A program made the translations under genes and the position numbers. The notes beneath the pieces are model-generated. The model searched no databases, was not told the DNA's origin, and saw nothing but the letters and a program-made list of their open reading frames with translations. From NCBI GenBank assembly GCA_009837355.1, contig VXTR01000052.1, forward strand, positions 8,600-72,599: DNA of 64,000 nucleotides, given 5' to 3'. This document shows, piece by piece, positions 10,295 to 21,368 of this stretch (position 1 is its first letter; every line of letters begins with the position of its first letter). This DNA comes from Chloroflexota bacterium. Lineage in GTDB: Bacteria; Chloroflexota; Dehalococcoidia; Lucifugimonadales; UBA3495.

Positions 10295-11716
10295 TTACAC
10301 TCCCGGCGGGCGCCGCTCTCCCCAGTCCGTTGCCTGTTCGTAAGCATAGGCCAGGCGGAACAGGGTCGTTTCGTCGAAGGCGCGGCCGGCGATTTGCAGG
10401 CCGATGGGCAGACCCGATGCGGTGAAGCCGCAATTGATGGACAGGGCCGGCAGATTCGCCAGGTTGAACGGCGCGGTGAACCCCCGCCGTCCCTTGAAGC
10501 CGGTGATGACGTCTGCTTTTGTGCCCAGTCCGGCCGAGTCAGGTATCAGGGTGGCCGGCACCGAGGAGGCTGGCATTATCAAGGCGTCAACACCTTCCAG
10601 CGCTCCCAGAATCTGCCGGCGGAGAACATCCCGCAAGCGCGCCGCCTTCTGATACGCCCTGGACGGTATCACGCTGCCCATGAGCAGCCGCACCTGGTTG
10701 TTGTGGTCAAGCTCGCGCAGTTGTTCCGTGGATATGATGTCCCAGTTTAACATTGCGGCGTCGCTGCTGATGATGGCGTAGGAAATTTCCGACGAATTGA
10801 CGATGAGGGGCAGGGAGACCTCGCTGACTTCGGCGCCCAGACCGGCGAGAACCTGGGTGGCGGCAAGCACGGCGTCGCGGACCTCGGGGTCGTTGGCGTC
10901 GGTATGCACCCGCTCGGTGACGATGCCCAGCTTCAGACCCTTGACGTTGCCGTCCAGAGCGGCGGCATAATCCGGCACTGGCACGTCCCATGTCTGCTGG
11001 TCGTTGGGGTCGTGGCCGGCGATAGCCGCCAGGGTGTTGGCGCAGTCGGTAACGGTGCGGGAAACGGGGCCGGCCGTGTCCATGGACCAGCAGGCGCCGA
11101 ACACGCCATGGCGGCTGACCAGTCCGAGGGTGGGCCGGATACCCACCAGGCCACAGAAGGCCGCTGGGCCGCGGATGCTGCCGCCGGTGTCCTCACCTAG
11201 CGACGTAGCGCACAGAAAGGCCGCCGTCGCCGCGCCGGAACCACTGCTGGACGTGCCGGGGTTGCGGTTGGTGTCCCAAGGGTTGCGAGGCCGGCCGTAG
11301 GGATGACGGAAGGCGTCGCCGCTGGCGTACTCGCTCATGTTGAGCTTGCCCAACAGCACCGTGCCGGCGTCGCGCAGGCGCGACATGATGGTTGCGTCTT
11401 CGTCCGGGACGTTTTCGGCAAGGATGGTCGAGCCGTTGGTGGTTACGATGCCGGCGGTGTCGAACTGGTCCTTCACGGCTACTGGGACGCCATGCAGGGG
11501 CCCCCGGCGGTTGCCGGCGGCGATTTCAGCATCGGCCTGGCGAGCGTCGGCCCGAGCCCGTTCCGGTGTAACGGTGATGTAGGAGGCATAGTTGCCGTCC
11601 AGTCGGGCGATGCGTTCCAGGTAAGCCTCCGTAGCCTCCGTCGAGGACACCTCGCCGGCGGCGATGCGCATGCCCAGTTCAGTGGCCGAAAGGTAGCAAA
11701 TGCTCTCGTCCGCCAT
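10295..11716 (-). CDS. Amidase-signature (AS) family amidase (GatA/AtzE-like)
   Basis: 473 aa with GVPVAVKD, GTSSSGSGAATAA and DTGGSIRGPAAFCG. GGAGG RBS. Start lies 2 nt after the stop of the upstream micro-ORF. Confidence 0.9.
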   Translation of the reverse strand: MADESICYLSATELGMRIAAGEVSSTEATEAYLERIARLDGNYASYITVTPERARADARQADAEIAAGNRRGPLHGVPVAVKDQFDTAGIVTTNGSTILAENVPDEDATIMSRLRDAGTVLLGKLNMSEYASGDAFRHPYGRPRNPWDTNRNPGTSSSGSGAATAAFLCATSLGEDTGGSIRGPAAFCGLVGIRPTLGLVSRHGVFGACWSMDTAGPVSRTVTDCANTLAAIAGHDPNDQQTWDVPVPDYAAALDGNVKGLKLGIVTERVHTDANDPEVRDAVLAATQVLAGLGAEVSEVSLPLIVNSSEISYAIISSDAAMLNWDIISTEQLRELDHNNQVRLLMGSVIPSRAYQKAARLRDVLRRQILGALEGVDALIMPASSVPATLIPDSAGLGTKADVITGFKGRRGFTAPFNLANLPALSINCGFTASGLPIGLQIAGRAFDETTLFRLAYAYEQATDWGERRPPGV

Positions 11717-11718
11717 GA

Positions 11719-11919
11719 TTATGCCTCCTGTTTGCGCGCCGTTGCGGACACGATGATGGGCAGGGCTTCGATCCCTGCTACGTCAGGCTCCGTGATGGCG
11801 TCCAGCGCTTCCAGCAGGCCGTTGAGAGACTCACGAACCTCCGGGAGCAGGTCGTCCGGTATGGTAATTCCCGAGGCTTTGGCCAGAGCCATAACCTCGG
11901 CGTCGTTCAAATCCGCCAC
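11719..11919 (-). CDS. 66-aa GatC/AtzG-like small partner protein of the amidase (DUF4089-like)
   Basis: GTG 11919 preceded by GAGAGG. Sequence: VADLNDAEVMALAKASGITIPDDLLPEVRESLNGLLEALDAITEPDVAGIEALPIIVSATARKQEA. It forms the 3' end of a 300-aa shadow ORF, and its TAA lies 2 nt before the amidase ATG. Confidence 0.6.
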   Translation of the reverse strand: MADLNDAEVMALAKASGITIPDDLLPEVRESLNGLLEALDAITEPDVAGIEALPIIVSATARKQEA

Positions 11920-12004
11920 GATGCACCTCTCGTTGCTATTACGTATGGATTCGCAATTTTGTGCCGGCGCAGGAACCTTGTCAACAGCATTGCCGGCGGG
12001 CGAT

Positions 12005-12033
12005 TTGGAAAGGGGTCGCCTTTGTGATATAAT
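12005..12033 (+). promoter_or_regulatory. Sigma-70-type promoter: TTGGAA, 17-nt spacer, extended -10 TGaTATAAT
   Basis: TTGGAA at 12005-12010 and TATAAT at 12028-12033 with TG at -15/-14. About 40 nt upstream of ATG 12076. Confidence 0.6.
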
Positions 12034-12075
12034 GCACGAGGCAAGAGCCAAAAAATTTCCCTGAGAGGAGAAATC

Positions 12076-12363
12076 ATGGAAGGCAAAGTTCAACTGGAGA
12101 TTACCTACTGCGTGCCTTGACAGCACCACGCTACCGCCACGTGGATGGCGAACGAGTTTTTCCGGGCCTACGGCGCGGACGCCGCAATCACTATCTCCCC
12201 GCGCGGCCAGGGTATCATGGAAGTGTTCCTGGACGGCGAGAAGATTTTCGACAAGAAGGCTGAGGGGAACATCTACCCCGACCTTTCCCGCGTCCGGCAG
12301 ATGAAAGAAGTCATCTCCGCCAAGATTGCCAACGTTGACTTGGCCGTTGCTGCAGACGACTAG
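12076..12363 (+). CDS. Rdx/SelW-like selenoprotein with in-frame UGA (Sec) at 12118-12120
   Basis: ATG 12076 with GAGAGGAG RBS is in frame with the ORF-track ORF 12145..12363. Translation is MEGKVQLEITYCVPUQHHATATWMANEFF..., which puts the TGA at the CxxU position of the Rdx-family CxxC/CxxU motif. Confidence 0.8.
12121..12153 (+). promoter_or_regulatory. Candidate bacterial SECIS hairpin region downstream of the UGA
   Basis: Two alternative stems: CCACG (12126-12130) with CGUGG (12140-12144), or CGCCA (12135-12139) with UGGCG (12146-12150) and a CGUGGA loop. Not folded computationally. Confidence 0.4.
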
Positions 12364-12388
12364 CCTGCAACTTACGCTCTGAGCGTCA

Positions 12389-12424
12389 GGCCGCTGCCTG
12401 TGTTGACGGGCAGCGGCCATTTTT
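12389..12424 (+). terminator. Rho-independent terminator after the selenoprotein gene
   Basis: GGCCGCTGCC / GGCAGCGGCC 10-bp stem followed by ATTTTTG. Confidence 0.75.
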
Positions 12425-12510
12425 GCCTCCGCGGGTCGGTGAGGCCGGCGCGTTGGTGTGGTATAATAAAATAGACCTATTCTCTGCATACCGACTGATT
12501 GACTATTGCC

Positions 12511-14331
12511 ATGACCCAGATTGACGATGTAAAAAGCCGGCTGGACATCGTAGAGTTGATCGGCGGCTACGTGAACTTGCAGCGGTCGGGCAGCTCGCTG
12601 AAGGCCAACTGCCCTTTCCATCAGGAACGCACGCCTTCGTTTTACGTGTTTCCCGACCGTCAGTCATGGCGCTGCTTTGGAGCTTGTGCCGAGGGCGGCG
12701 ATGCCTTCTCCTTCGTGATGAAGGCGGACCGGGTGGACTTCCGAGATGCGCTACATCAGTTGGCGGCCCGCGTCGGCATTACCATCGTCAGCCAGGGCGA
12801 TTCTGGCGACCGGTCCCGGCAGCTTTTCGAAATTAACGATGCCGCCCGTCGGTTCTTCCAGGATATGTTGGCGACTCCGGAAGCGGAGTTTGTCCGGGAT
12901 TACCTTCGAGACCGGGGAATCAACGAGCGGTCTTTGCAGACGTTTGAGTTTGGGTACAGCCCGGCCAGTGGCAACCGCCTGCTGGCTCACTTGACCGGCG
13001 CCGGCTATACCCCGGAGCAGATTGCCGAGGCTGAGCTGGCTCGGGCCACCGACGACGGACGGCATTACGACTTTTTCCGCGGCCGGCTGATGATTCCGAT
13101 ACGGGATTGGCAGGCGCGGGTCGCCGGGTTCGGCAGCCGGGCGCTGGACGACAACGCTACGCCGAAGTACCTCAACACGCCTCGCACGCCGGTGTTTGAT
13201 AAATCCCGCATCCTGTTCGCAATGCACATCGCCAAGGAGCCGGTGCGCCAGCAAGGAGCCGTCATCGTTGAGGGCTACATGGACGCCATCATGGCCCACC
13301 AGCACGGCTACGACAACGTGGTCGCGTCGATGGGGACGGCGTTGACTGAGCAGCAGGTGGACCTGGTGCGGCGTCTGACCAGACAGGTAACCATGGCCCT
13401 GGACGGCGACCCCGCCGGGCGCAACGCCACCCTGCGCAGCCTGGAATCGTCGTGGGGTGTGTTCCAGCGTCGCAACGTGCGGCAGACTGGCGCATCGGTG
13501 TTGCAACCGCCGGAAGCGATGGAGCTGCGTGTCGCCGAACTTCCCGCTGGCCAGGACCCGGACGATTTCATCCGCCAATCGCCGGAAGCGTGGCCAACCT
13601 TCGTGGAGCAAGCGCAGGAGCTGTTCGACTACCTGATGGTGTCACTGTCGGTTCGGGCCGACATGGAATCGGCGGACGGACGAGCTTGGGTTGCGCAAAC
13701 TATGCTGCGTTTCGTGGCGCAGATACCCGACCGGATAAGGATGGATCTGTATCTTGACCGTCTGGCAGCCCGCCTTTCTATAAACGGCGATACGCTGCGG
13801 GCGGCTATGCCCTCAATCATGAGGCAATCGGGCAGCGCCCGCGCCGGACAGCCCCCGCCGGCTACTGCCGACGAAGCCGTGCCGGCTCCATCGCCGGAGC
13901 ATGACGCTATCGAAGAGTCGCTGCTCGCGGTGCTGCTGCAGCACGGCAGTGAACTTACCACTGATGCAGTCGCGGATATATCTCCCGAGTGGTTCACACG
14001 CTCAGAGAACCGCGCAATCTATGCCAGCGTATTCGCAAGTGAGAGCACTGCGGACTTGGAGATGCCGCCGGAACTGGAACCCCACCTGAGCCGCCTGCGT
14101 TCCCTGGAACTCCGGTTGTCCAATGAGAAGAAACTGGAACGAGCATGGCAGCAAATTCGTCTGACCATTGAAAAGGAGTACCTGAATAACGAAGTGAAAC
14201 AGCTGTCAAGCATTGAGGAAGAGATTCTGGAAGACTCCGAGTCTCCTTTGGCCCTGCGCCTGCGGGACAGCACCTATCGCATCGGCGAAATCGACCGGTT
14301 GCTCAAGCCGGCTGGGCCGACCCATTTGTGA
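12511..14331 (+). CDS. dnaG: DNA primase DnaG
   Basis: CHC2 zinc finger '[25 protein letters not shown]', Toprim region '[10 protein letters not shown]', C-terminal helicase-interaction region. An extended -10 TGgTATAAT sits at 12459-12467. In-frame TTG 12499 is an alternative start. Confidence 0.93.
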   Translation: MTQIDDVKSRLDIVELIGGYVNLQRSGSSLKANCPFHQERTPSFYVFPDRQSWRCFGACAEGGDAFSFVMKADRVDFRDALHQLAARVGITIVSQGDSGDRSRQLFEINDAARRFFQDMLATPEAEFVRDYLRDRGINERSLQTFEFGYSPASGNRLLAHLTGAGYTPEQIAEAELARATDDGRHYDFFRGRLMIPIRDWQARVAGFGSRALDDNATPKYLNTPRTPVFDKSRILFAMHIAKEPVRQQGAVIVEGYMDAIMAHQHGYDNVVASMGTALTEQQVDLVRRLTRQVTMALDGDPAGRNATLRSLESSWGVFQRRNVRQTGASVLQPPEAMELRVAELPAGQDPDDFIRQSPEAWPTFVEQAQELFDYLMVSLSVRADMESADGRAWVAQTMLRFVAQIPDRIRMDLYLDRLAARLSINGDTLRAAMPSIMRQSGSARAGQPPPATADEAVPAPSPEHDAIEESLLAVLLQHGSELTTDAVADISPEWFTRSENRAIYASVFASESTADLEMPPELEPHLSRLRSLELRLSNEKKLERAWQQIRLTIEKEYLNNEVKQLSSIEEEILEDSESPLALRLRDSTYRIGEIDRLLKPAGPTHL

Positions 14332-14341
14332 CGGAGGATCT

Positions 14342-16090
<1,749 letters not shown>

Positions 16091-16116
16091 TGGTTCTCAA
16101 ACCGCGCGAGCCGCCG

Positions 16117-16149
16117 CAGGGGGAATTACGATTCCCCCTGTTGCTTTTT
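16117..16149 (+). terminator. Rho-independent terminator of the dnaG-rpoD operon
   Basis: CAGGGGGAAT-TACG-ATTCCCCCTG perfect 10-bp hairpin followed by TTGCTTTTT. Confidence 0.85.
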
Positions 16150-16268
16150 CAAGAAAATGTTCAAAGCTGCTTGTAGATACGTAGGCAACCCACCTGTCGG
16201 CATGGCTATACTTGGCCCGACTGAGAACCCAGTCGAGCTGGGTAAGGGAGGGTATCCTGGTGGAAGCA

Positions 16269-16454
16269 ATGGAGTTTCCGGTCTGTCAGCAATGCAACAT
16301 TGGCGTTTTGGTGCCATTGTCTGACTACGGTGCCCAGGGGGCGCCGGTTCACTATAAAGCATGGACGTGTACCAATCCCGGTTGCGGGTACAACATCAAA
16401 ATCCGCAACGGAGATATCTTCGTCAACGAACCAATACGCGCCGGCAGGCACTGA
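16269..16454 (+). CDS. Small zinc-ribbon protein (61 aa)
   Basis: MEFPVCQQCN...WTCTNPGCGY gives two Cys pairs. GGTGGA lies upstream of ATG 16269. Confidence 0.5.
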   Translation: MEFPVCQQCNIGVLVPLSDYGAQGAPVHYKAWTCTNPGCGYNIKIRNGDIFVNEPIRAGRH

Positions 16455-16564
16455 GCCCGGACCGCCTTCTGGCAACTCGGTGCGCCTCAGGTCGTTGGCT
16501 TCCGGCCGACACTTAGACGGAGGAGACGCCACGCCGGCCCTCCGCGCTGTTTTCGGAGTGAGAA

Positions 16565-17329
16565 ATGGAAATCGGACTCGATTATATGCAGATGCGCAGC
16601 CGGGCGCAGCACTATGGATTGCGCTTGACGGGTATCGGACTGCTCGTGGCTGGCATTGTATTGGTTGGCATTGGCCTGGCCTATTATGGAAACCTGTACT
16701 GGCTGCGATCCGGAGTAGAGAACTACGCTGCCCAACGCCAGGACGCGACTCTACTGAACGAGGTCACAGCCTCCCAGGATTTGAAGAACGGGGCGATAGT
16801 CTCAGCGTATGCCCTGCCGGCTGGAGCCTACGCGGAGACGGTGGAAGAGTTGGGCTTTACTCCACTGAAGCAATCCGATGCTAAGCCTCTGGGTACACTG
16901 GCGCCGGCCCAGCGGGTGATAGTGCCGGAGTTGGGCATCAATGTAACTATGAACCAGATCAACCTTACCGGGGCCTCCATTGTAAATGACGTGGATGGCA
17001 TCGACCCGGGGGAGTATGAAGCAGTTCAGGCTAATCCTGGCGAGCGCGGTGCAATGTGGCTGTTTGGAGCGGCCGACAAGGGCGCGGACGCTTTCGGCGG
17101 TTTGAACGACGCAGCTGGGCTGCTGACCGAAGGCAACGACCTGTTGATATACGTGAACAGCGGCACGCAGATTTATCTATATGGGGCCACGCACACCGAC
17201 GTTATACCTGCCGACGACCTGCGGTTGAGCAGCACGGACCGGGCTACCATTCACCTGGCGGTGCCCACTCCTGCGGGACTGTATGACCACTTCCTGGTGT
17301 TGAGCGGCGAGTTGGTGGGCGTGAAGTAA
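16565..17329 (+). CDS. Membrane-anchored sortase-like protein lacking the catalytic His/Cys/Arg
   Basis: 254 aa with an N-terminal TM helix (LTGIGLLVAGIVLVGIGLAYY). The C-terminal region follows the sortase layout, but FGAAD replaces TGHR, LAVPTP replaces LxTCxP and DHFLV replaces xxRxV. Aligned by eye from memory. Confidence 0.45.
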   Translation: MEIGLDYMQMRSRAQHYGLRLTGIGLLVAGIVLVGIGLAYYGNLYWLRSGVENYAAQRQDATLLNEVTASQDLKNGAIVSAYALPAGAYAETVEELGFTPLKQSDAKPLGTLAPAQRVIVPELGINVTMNQINLTGASIVNDVDGIDPGEYEAVQANPGERGAMWLFGAADKGADAFGGLNDAAGLLTEGNDLLIYVNSGTQIYLYGATHTDVIPADDLRLSSTDRATIHLAVPTPAGLYDHFLVLSGELVGVK

Positions 17330-17334
17330 CCTGA

Positions 17335-18558
17335 TCAGACGGACGGGCTTCCGGTTTCCCGGTCGGCAGCGGTGGAGGAGGTGAGGCGTAGCTGGTGAAT
17401 GCGTCGGCCTCGCACTTCCGTAACCTCGATGGACACTTCGTCGTCGGCTATAACATCGCCAACGGCAGGCATCCGCCCAAGCTTGGTATACACGTAGCCG
17501 CCGATGGTGTTGACGTCGGAGTAGTCGATCTGGATTCCCAGGGAGCGGGCGACCGATTCCACGGGGACGGTCGCGCTGACTGACCAGGAACCGTCAGCAG
17601 TAAGGATTGGGACATCATCATCTTCATAGTCGGCAAACTCGTCCTCAATCTCGCCGACAATTTCTTCAAGCACGTCTTCCAGGGTAACCATACCTTCCAC
17701 GCCGCCGTACTCGTCAACCACGATGGCCATTTGCAGGAAATTGACGCGCATCAGTTGCAGCAGGTCATCCACTGGCATATTTTCCGCGACGAACTCCGGT
17801 TCCCGCATCAGGCCCTGCAAATCGACGTGGGTTTGATGATTCGCCAGGGCGTTCAGAACGTCGCTGATGTGCAGTATGCCGACGATATTGTCCATGGTTT
17901 CGTTATAGACCGGCAACCGGGTATGCCGGCTGGTGACAAAGGTATCTACGACTTCCTGAAATGACGCCGTAGAGGACACGGCGTCAACGTCGAGGCGGGG
18001 CACCATGATGTCCAGCACATCCCGTTCGTCCATGCGGCTGATGGAACGAACCATATCGATGTCGTGGGTGTCCAGGTTTAGGATTTCGGCCGGCGTCAGG
18101 GGTAAAATGTCGGCGTGGCCGTCGCCGTTGGCAGAGTCTGAGCCGTTAACGCCGTTGACCGTTGGCGGGTCGCCGTTGGCGGCAGCGCCAGTGGAGTCAG
18201 AGAACCACCGTTGTGGGCGGGTGAGCCAACGGGAGGCGCCGGGGAAGTGGACAGCCCAGCGGTCAGCCAGAAAGTGAACCAGCACCAGAACTGCGATGGT
18301 GACGGCCAGGGCGGCAAGCAACAACAGAGCGGGTGGCCATTGACTAGTCAAAGCGGCGCCGATGGAGACTGCGGAAATGCCTGCGGCGGAAGCGGATGCC
18401 GCTCGCAGGATGCCTACGCCGGGAGCCGGAGAATAGTCCAGAAGCGCAAGGAGGGCTGGCCGTCGCCGACGGGTAGCGACGGCGATACTGGCCCAGCCGA
18501 AAAGCAACAGCGACGCGGCCAGCAACAATAACGGTGGTAAGCTACTGTCAGTATCCAA
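17335..18558 (-). CDS. CNNM/CorC-HlyC family protein (TM region + CBS pair + CorC_HlyC domain)
   Basis: CBS-pair region 'VLDIMVPRLDVDAV...VGILHISDVLNAL' and C-terminal transporter-associated domain. The ORF-track start (18843) overlaps glmU in another frame, so TTG 18558 is chosen. The start is uncertain. Confidence 0.75.
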   Translation of the reverse strand: MDTDSSLPPLLLLAASLLLFGWASIAVATRRRRPALLALLDYSPAPGVGILRAASASAAGISAVSIGAALTSQWPPALLLLAALAVTIAVLVLVHFLADRWAVHFPGASRWLTRPQRWFSDSTGAAANGDPPTVNGVNGSDSANGDGHADILPLTPAEILNLDTHDIDMVRSISRMDERDVLDIMVPRLDVDAVSSTASFQEVVDTFVTSRHTRLPVYNETMDNIVGILHISDVLNALANHQTHVDLQGLMREPEFVAENMPVDDLLQLMRVNFLQMAIVVDEYGGVEGMVTLEDVLEEIVGEIEDEFADYEDDDVPILTADGSWSVSATVPVESVARSLGIQIDYSDVNTIGGYVYTKLGRMPAVGDVIADDEVSIEVTEVRGRRIHQLRLTSSTAADRETGSPSV

Positions 18559-18562
18559 GTTG

Positions 18563-19957
18563 TTACTGCGTGGGTTTAGGTGGCAGTAGTCTAGCAGGAA
18601 CACCGACCACCCGTCCAGAGGGGGGCACGTCGCTAGTAACCACGGATCCGGCTCCGGTCGTGGCGCCCGGCCCGACGTTGATCGGAGCGATGAGCATGGT
18701 GTCGCTGCCGATAAAGGCGCCGTCGCCGATGGTGGTTTGGTGTTTGTCGACGCCGTCGTAGTTGCAAGTGATGGTTCCGGCTCCGATGTTGACGTTGGCG
18801 CCCACGTGGGAATCGCCGAGATAGCAGAAGTGTCCGGCAGCAACGCCAGGGCCGATTCGGCTGTTCTTCACCTCCACGTAATTGCCTAGGTGGACGCCGG
18901 TCTCGATGACCGTGTCGGGACGCAGGTGGCTGTAGGGGCCGATGTCCACGTCCGAATGAATCGTGGCTCCTTCTATCACGGAGGCAACGATGCGGCAACG
19001 GTCGGCGATGATGGAATCGCGGACAACGGAATTGGGGCCGACTTGACAATCCTGTCCGATGACGGTTCGTCCGGCTAGCATGGTGTTGGGCAGGATTACC
19101 GTATCGGGGGCGATGGTAACTTCAGAATCGATGTAGGTGGTGGCGGTGTCGATGATGGTAACGCCCTCGCGCATCCAGCGGCAGTTGACGCGGTCGCGGA
19201 GCACGGTTTCGACCGCGGACAGCTGGAGACGGTCGTTGACGCCCATGGCTTCGTCGGGAAGGGCGATGGGCGCGGCGACGACGCTGCGGCCGGCGTCGGC
19301 GGCGATCCGCACCAGCGCCGTTAGGTAGCGTTCGCCCGACGGTGAGGGCGTCACTTCGGCGATGGCGGCTGTCAGCCAATTGCCGTCAAAGCAGTACACG
19401 CCGGTGTTGACCTCGGCCGGACCGGTTGACGAATCGGGCCGGTCGGCGGCTTCGACAATGGCTGACACCGGACCGACGTCATAAGAGTCGCCCGAGGCGG
19501 CCCGCTGAATTTGCCCTAAGTCGTGAGCGAAAACATCGGTGGCGGACAGAATGGTCATACAGCGTCCGGCAGCGGAGGCGTGTTCGTCCATGAGACGGCG
19601 CAGGGATTCGGCCCGTACCAGGGGAGTATCGGCGGCCAGAACGACCACGGTATCGGGCGCGGCGTCCAGAGCGGCCAGTGCGCAGGCAACGGCGTCGGCG
19701 GTGCCGTTGGCGACGGGCTGGATGGCGCAGTTCACGGCGCCGCCCAGGACGGCGGCGAGGGAGTCGTGGTTCGCCGGAGAAGCGACGACGACAATATGAG
19801 CGACACCGCATTGGGCCAGCAATTCGACCGGATAACGGATCAGCTCCTTGCCGGCGGCCAGGTGCAGGGGCTTGGGAATGCGGGAGCGCATACGACTGCC
19901 GTCCCCGGCGGCTAGGATAATCCCGATGGCATCGGTTTGGATGGTGGCGGCGCTCAT
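18563..19957 (-). CDS. glmU: Bifunctional UDP-GlcNAc pyrophosphorylase / GlcN-1-P N-acetyltransferase GlmU
   Basis: 'ILAAGDGSRMRSRIPKPLH' nucleotidyltransferase motif plus C-terminal left-handed beta-helix hexapeptide repeats. Confidence 0.92.
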   Translation of the reverse strand: MSAATIQTDAIGIILAAGDGSRMRSRIPKPLHLAAGKELIRYPVELLAQCGVAHIVVVASPANHDSLAAVLGGAVNCAIQPVANGTADAVACALAALDAAPDTVVVLAADTPLVRAESLRRLMDEHASAAGRCMTILSATDVFAHDLGQIQRAASGDSYDVGPVSAIVEAADRPDSSTGPAEVNTGVYCFDGNWLTAAIAEVTPSPSGERYLTALVRIAADAGRSVVAAPIALPDEAMGVNDRLQLSAVETVLRDRVNCRWMREGVTIIDTATTYIDSEVTIAPDTVILPNTMLAGRTVIGQDCQVGPNSVVRDSIIADRCRIVASVIEGATIHSDVDIGPYSHLRPDTVIETGVHLGNYVEVKNSRIGPGVAAGHFCYLGDSHVGANVNIGAGTITCNYDGVDKHQTTIGDGAFIGSDTMLIAPINVGPGATTGAGSVVTSDVPPSGRVVGVPARLLPPKPTQ

Positions 19958-20089
19958 GACTGGCCTCCGGCACTGGCGAATAACGGGAGTTAGAGCGGGT
20001 TAGATTATAACAAGGGTTGCCGACGGAGATGCGGGAGGGACTCGGTGTGTTATGATGCCAGCTAATTGCACGTTAGGAGACAGTCAAAG

Positions 20090-21364
20090 ATGGCTACCAC
20101 ACGTTCCCGCCGGCTGGCCCGGCAAGTTTCCATCGTCGGCGCCGGGCTTTCACAGTTTGGCGCGTATCCCGACAAGTCCAGCCGCGACCTGTTCGTGGAG
20201 GCGTTTCAGGACTTGCAGGAAAACATCGACACGGGAATAACGGCTTCGGACATTGAGGCCGGCTACCTGGGGAATTACTCCGCTGACCTGTTTGAGCATC
20301 AGGGACACACGGCGCCGATTATGGCGGACTGGCTGGGGATGACGCCTACGCCCATCACGCGGGTGGAGAACGCCTGCGCCAGCAGCGGGTCGGCGTTGCG
20401 CGAGGGTGTGATGGCCATTGCCAGCGGGATGTACGACGTCGTGCTGGTGGGGGGCGTGGAGAAGATGACCTCGCTGCCGACCGAGGGCGTAACCGACGTG
20501 CTGGCGTCCGCCGCCGACGGGCTGTATGAGGTGCCGGCCGGACTGACTTTCCCGGGCATTTTCGGCGCCATCGCCAAAGCCCATATGGACCGGTACGAAA
20601 CCAACCTTAACCACCTGCTCAAGGTTGGAGTAAAGAACCACGAGAATGGGAAACTCAATCCCAAGGCTCAGTTCCAGGTTACCATCCGTGACATGATGGA
20701 GCGGCGCAAAGCCAGAGCGGAACAGCGGGGCGAGCCGGTTCCGGATTGGGACGACGAGCTGGACTTTCTGAACGACGCGCGAGCGAACCCGTGGATTGCC
20801 TGGCCTCTGCGCCTGTACGACTGCGCGCCCATCACCGATGGAGCGTCGTGTGTATTGCTGGTGGCTAGCGAAATTGCCGAGCAGTTCACTGACAAGCCGG
20901 TGAACATCGCCGGCATCGGACAGGCTACCGGTCGTCCGCTCCACGACGCAGACGAACTGACGTCGCTGTCGGCGGCCAGGATTGCATCGGCGCAAGCGTA
21001 TGAGATGGCGGGTATCGGGCCGGAGCAGGTCGGCGTGGCCGAAGTGCACGACTGTTTCACCATCGCGGAAATCGTTGCCAGTGAGGATTTAGGATTCTTT
21101 GCGCCCGGCGAAGGGCCACACGCGGTGGACGAAGGACGAACGGCGCGCACGGGCGACCGGCCCATCAACACCAGTGGCGGCCTGAAAGCCAAAGGGCACC
21201 CGGTGGGGGCCAGCGGCGTCGCGCAGGTCATTGAGGTGTACAAGCAGTTGCGCGGCGAGGCCGGCGAGCGCCAACTGGATAACCCCAACCTTGAGTTTGG
21301 ACTTACGCACAACGTGGGGGGCACCGGCGGCACCTGCGTGGTGAACGTGCTGCAACGAGGTTAG
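20090..21364 (+). CDS. Thiolase-fold protein (SCP-x/nonspecific lipid-transfer type)
   Basis: ATG 20090 with AGGAGA RBS. Nucleophile context 'VENACASSGSAL', C-terminal 'KGHPVGASG'. Paired with a DUF35 gene. Confidence 0.85.
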   Translation: MATTRSRRLARQVSIVGAGLSQFGAYPDKSSRDLFVEAFQDLQENIDTGITASDIEAGYLGNYSADLFEHQGHTAPIMADWLGMTPTPITRVENACASSGSALREGVMAIASGMYDVVLVGGVEKMTSLPTEGVTDVLASAADGLYEVPAGLTFPGIFGAIAKAHMDRYETNLNHLLKVGVKNHENGKLNPKAQFQVTIRDMMERRKARAEQRGEPVPDWDDELDFLNDARANPWIAWPLRLYDCAPITDGASCVLLVASEIAEQFTDKPVNIAGIGQATGRPLHDADELTSLSAARIASAQAYEMAGIGPEQVGVAEVHDCFTIAEIVASEDLGFFAPGEGPHAVDEGRTARTGDRPINTSGGLKAKGHPVGASGVAQVIEVYKQLRGEAGERQLDNPNLEFGLTHNVGGTGGTCVVNVLQRG

Positions 21365-21368
21365 GGCG

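Noticed and set aside
11920-12621. Upstream 234 codons of the 300-aa ORF 11719..12621
   Set aside because: This part crosses the promoter, the selenoprotein gene and the dnaG start on the opposite strand, and its sequence is not protein-like. Only the last 66 codons (with their own RBS and GTG) are credible.
18559-18843. N-terminal extension of the CNNM/CorC ORF
   Set aside because: It overlaps the 3' end of glmU on the same strand in another frame, and its sequence is low-complexity Ser/Thr/Pro/Ala.
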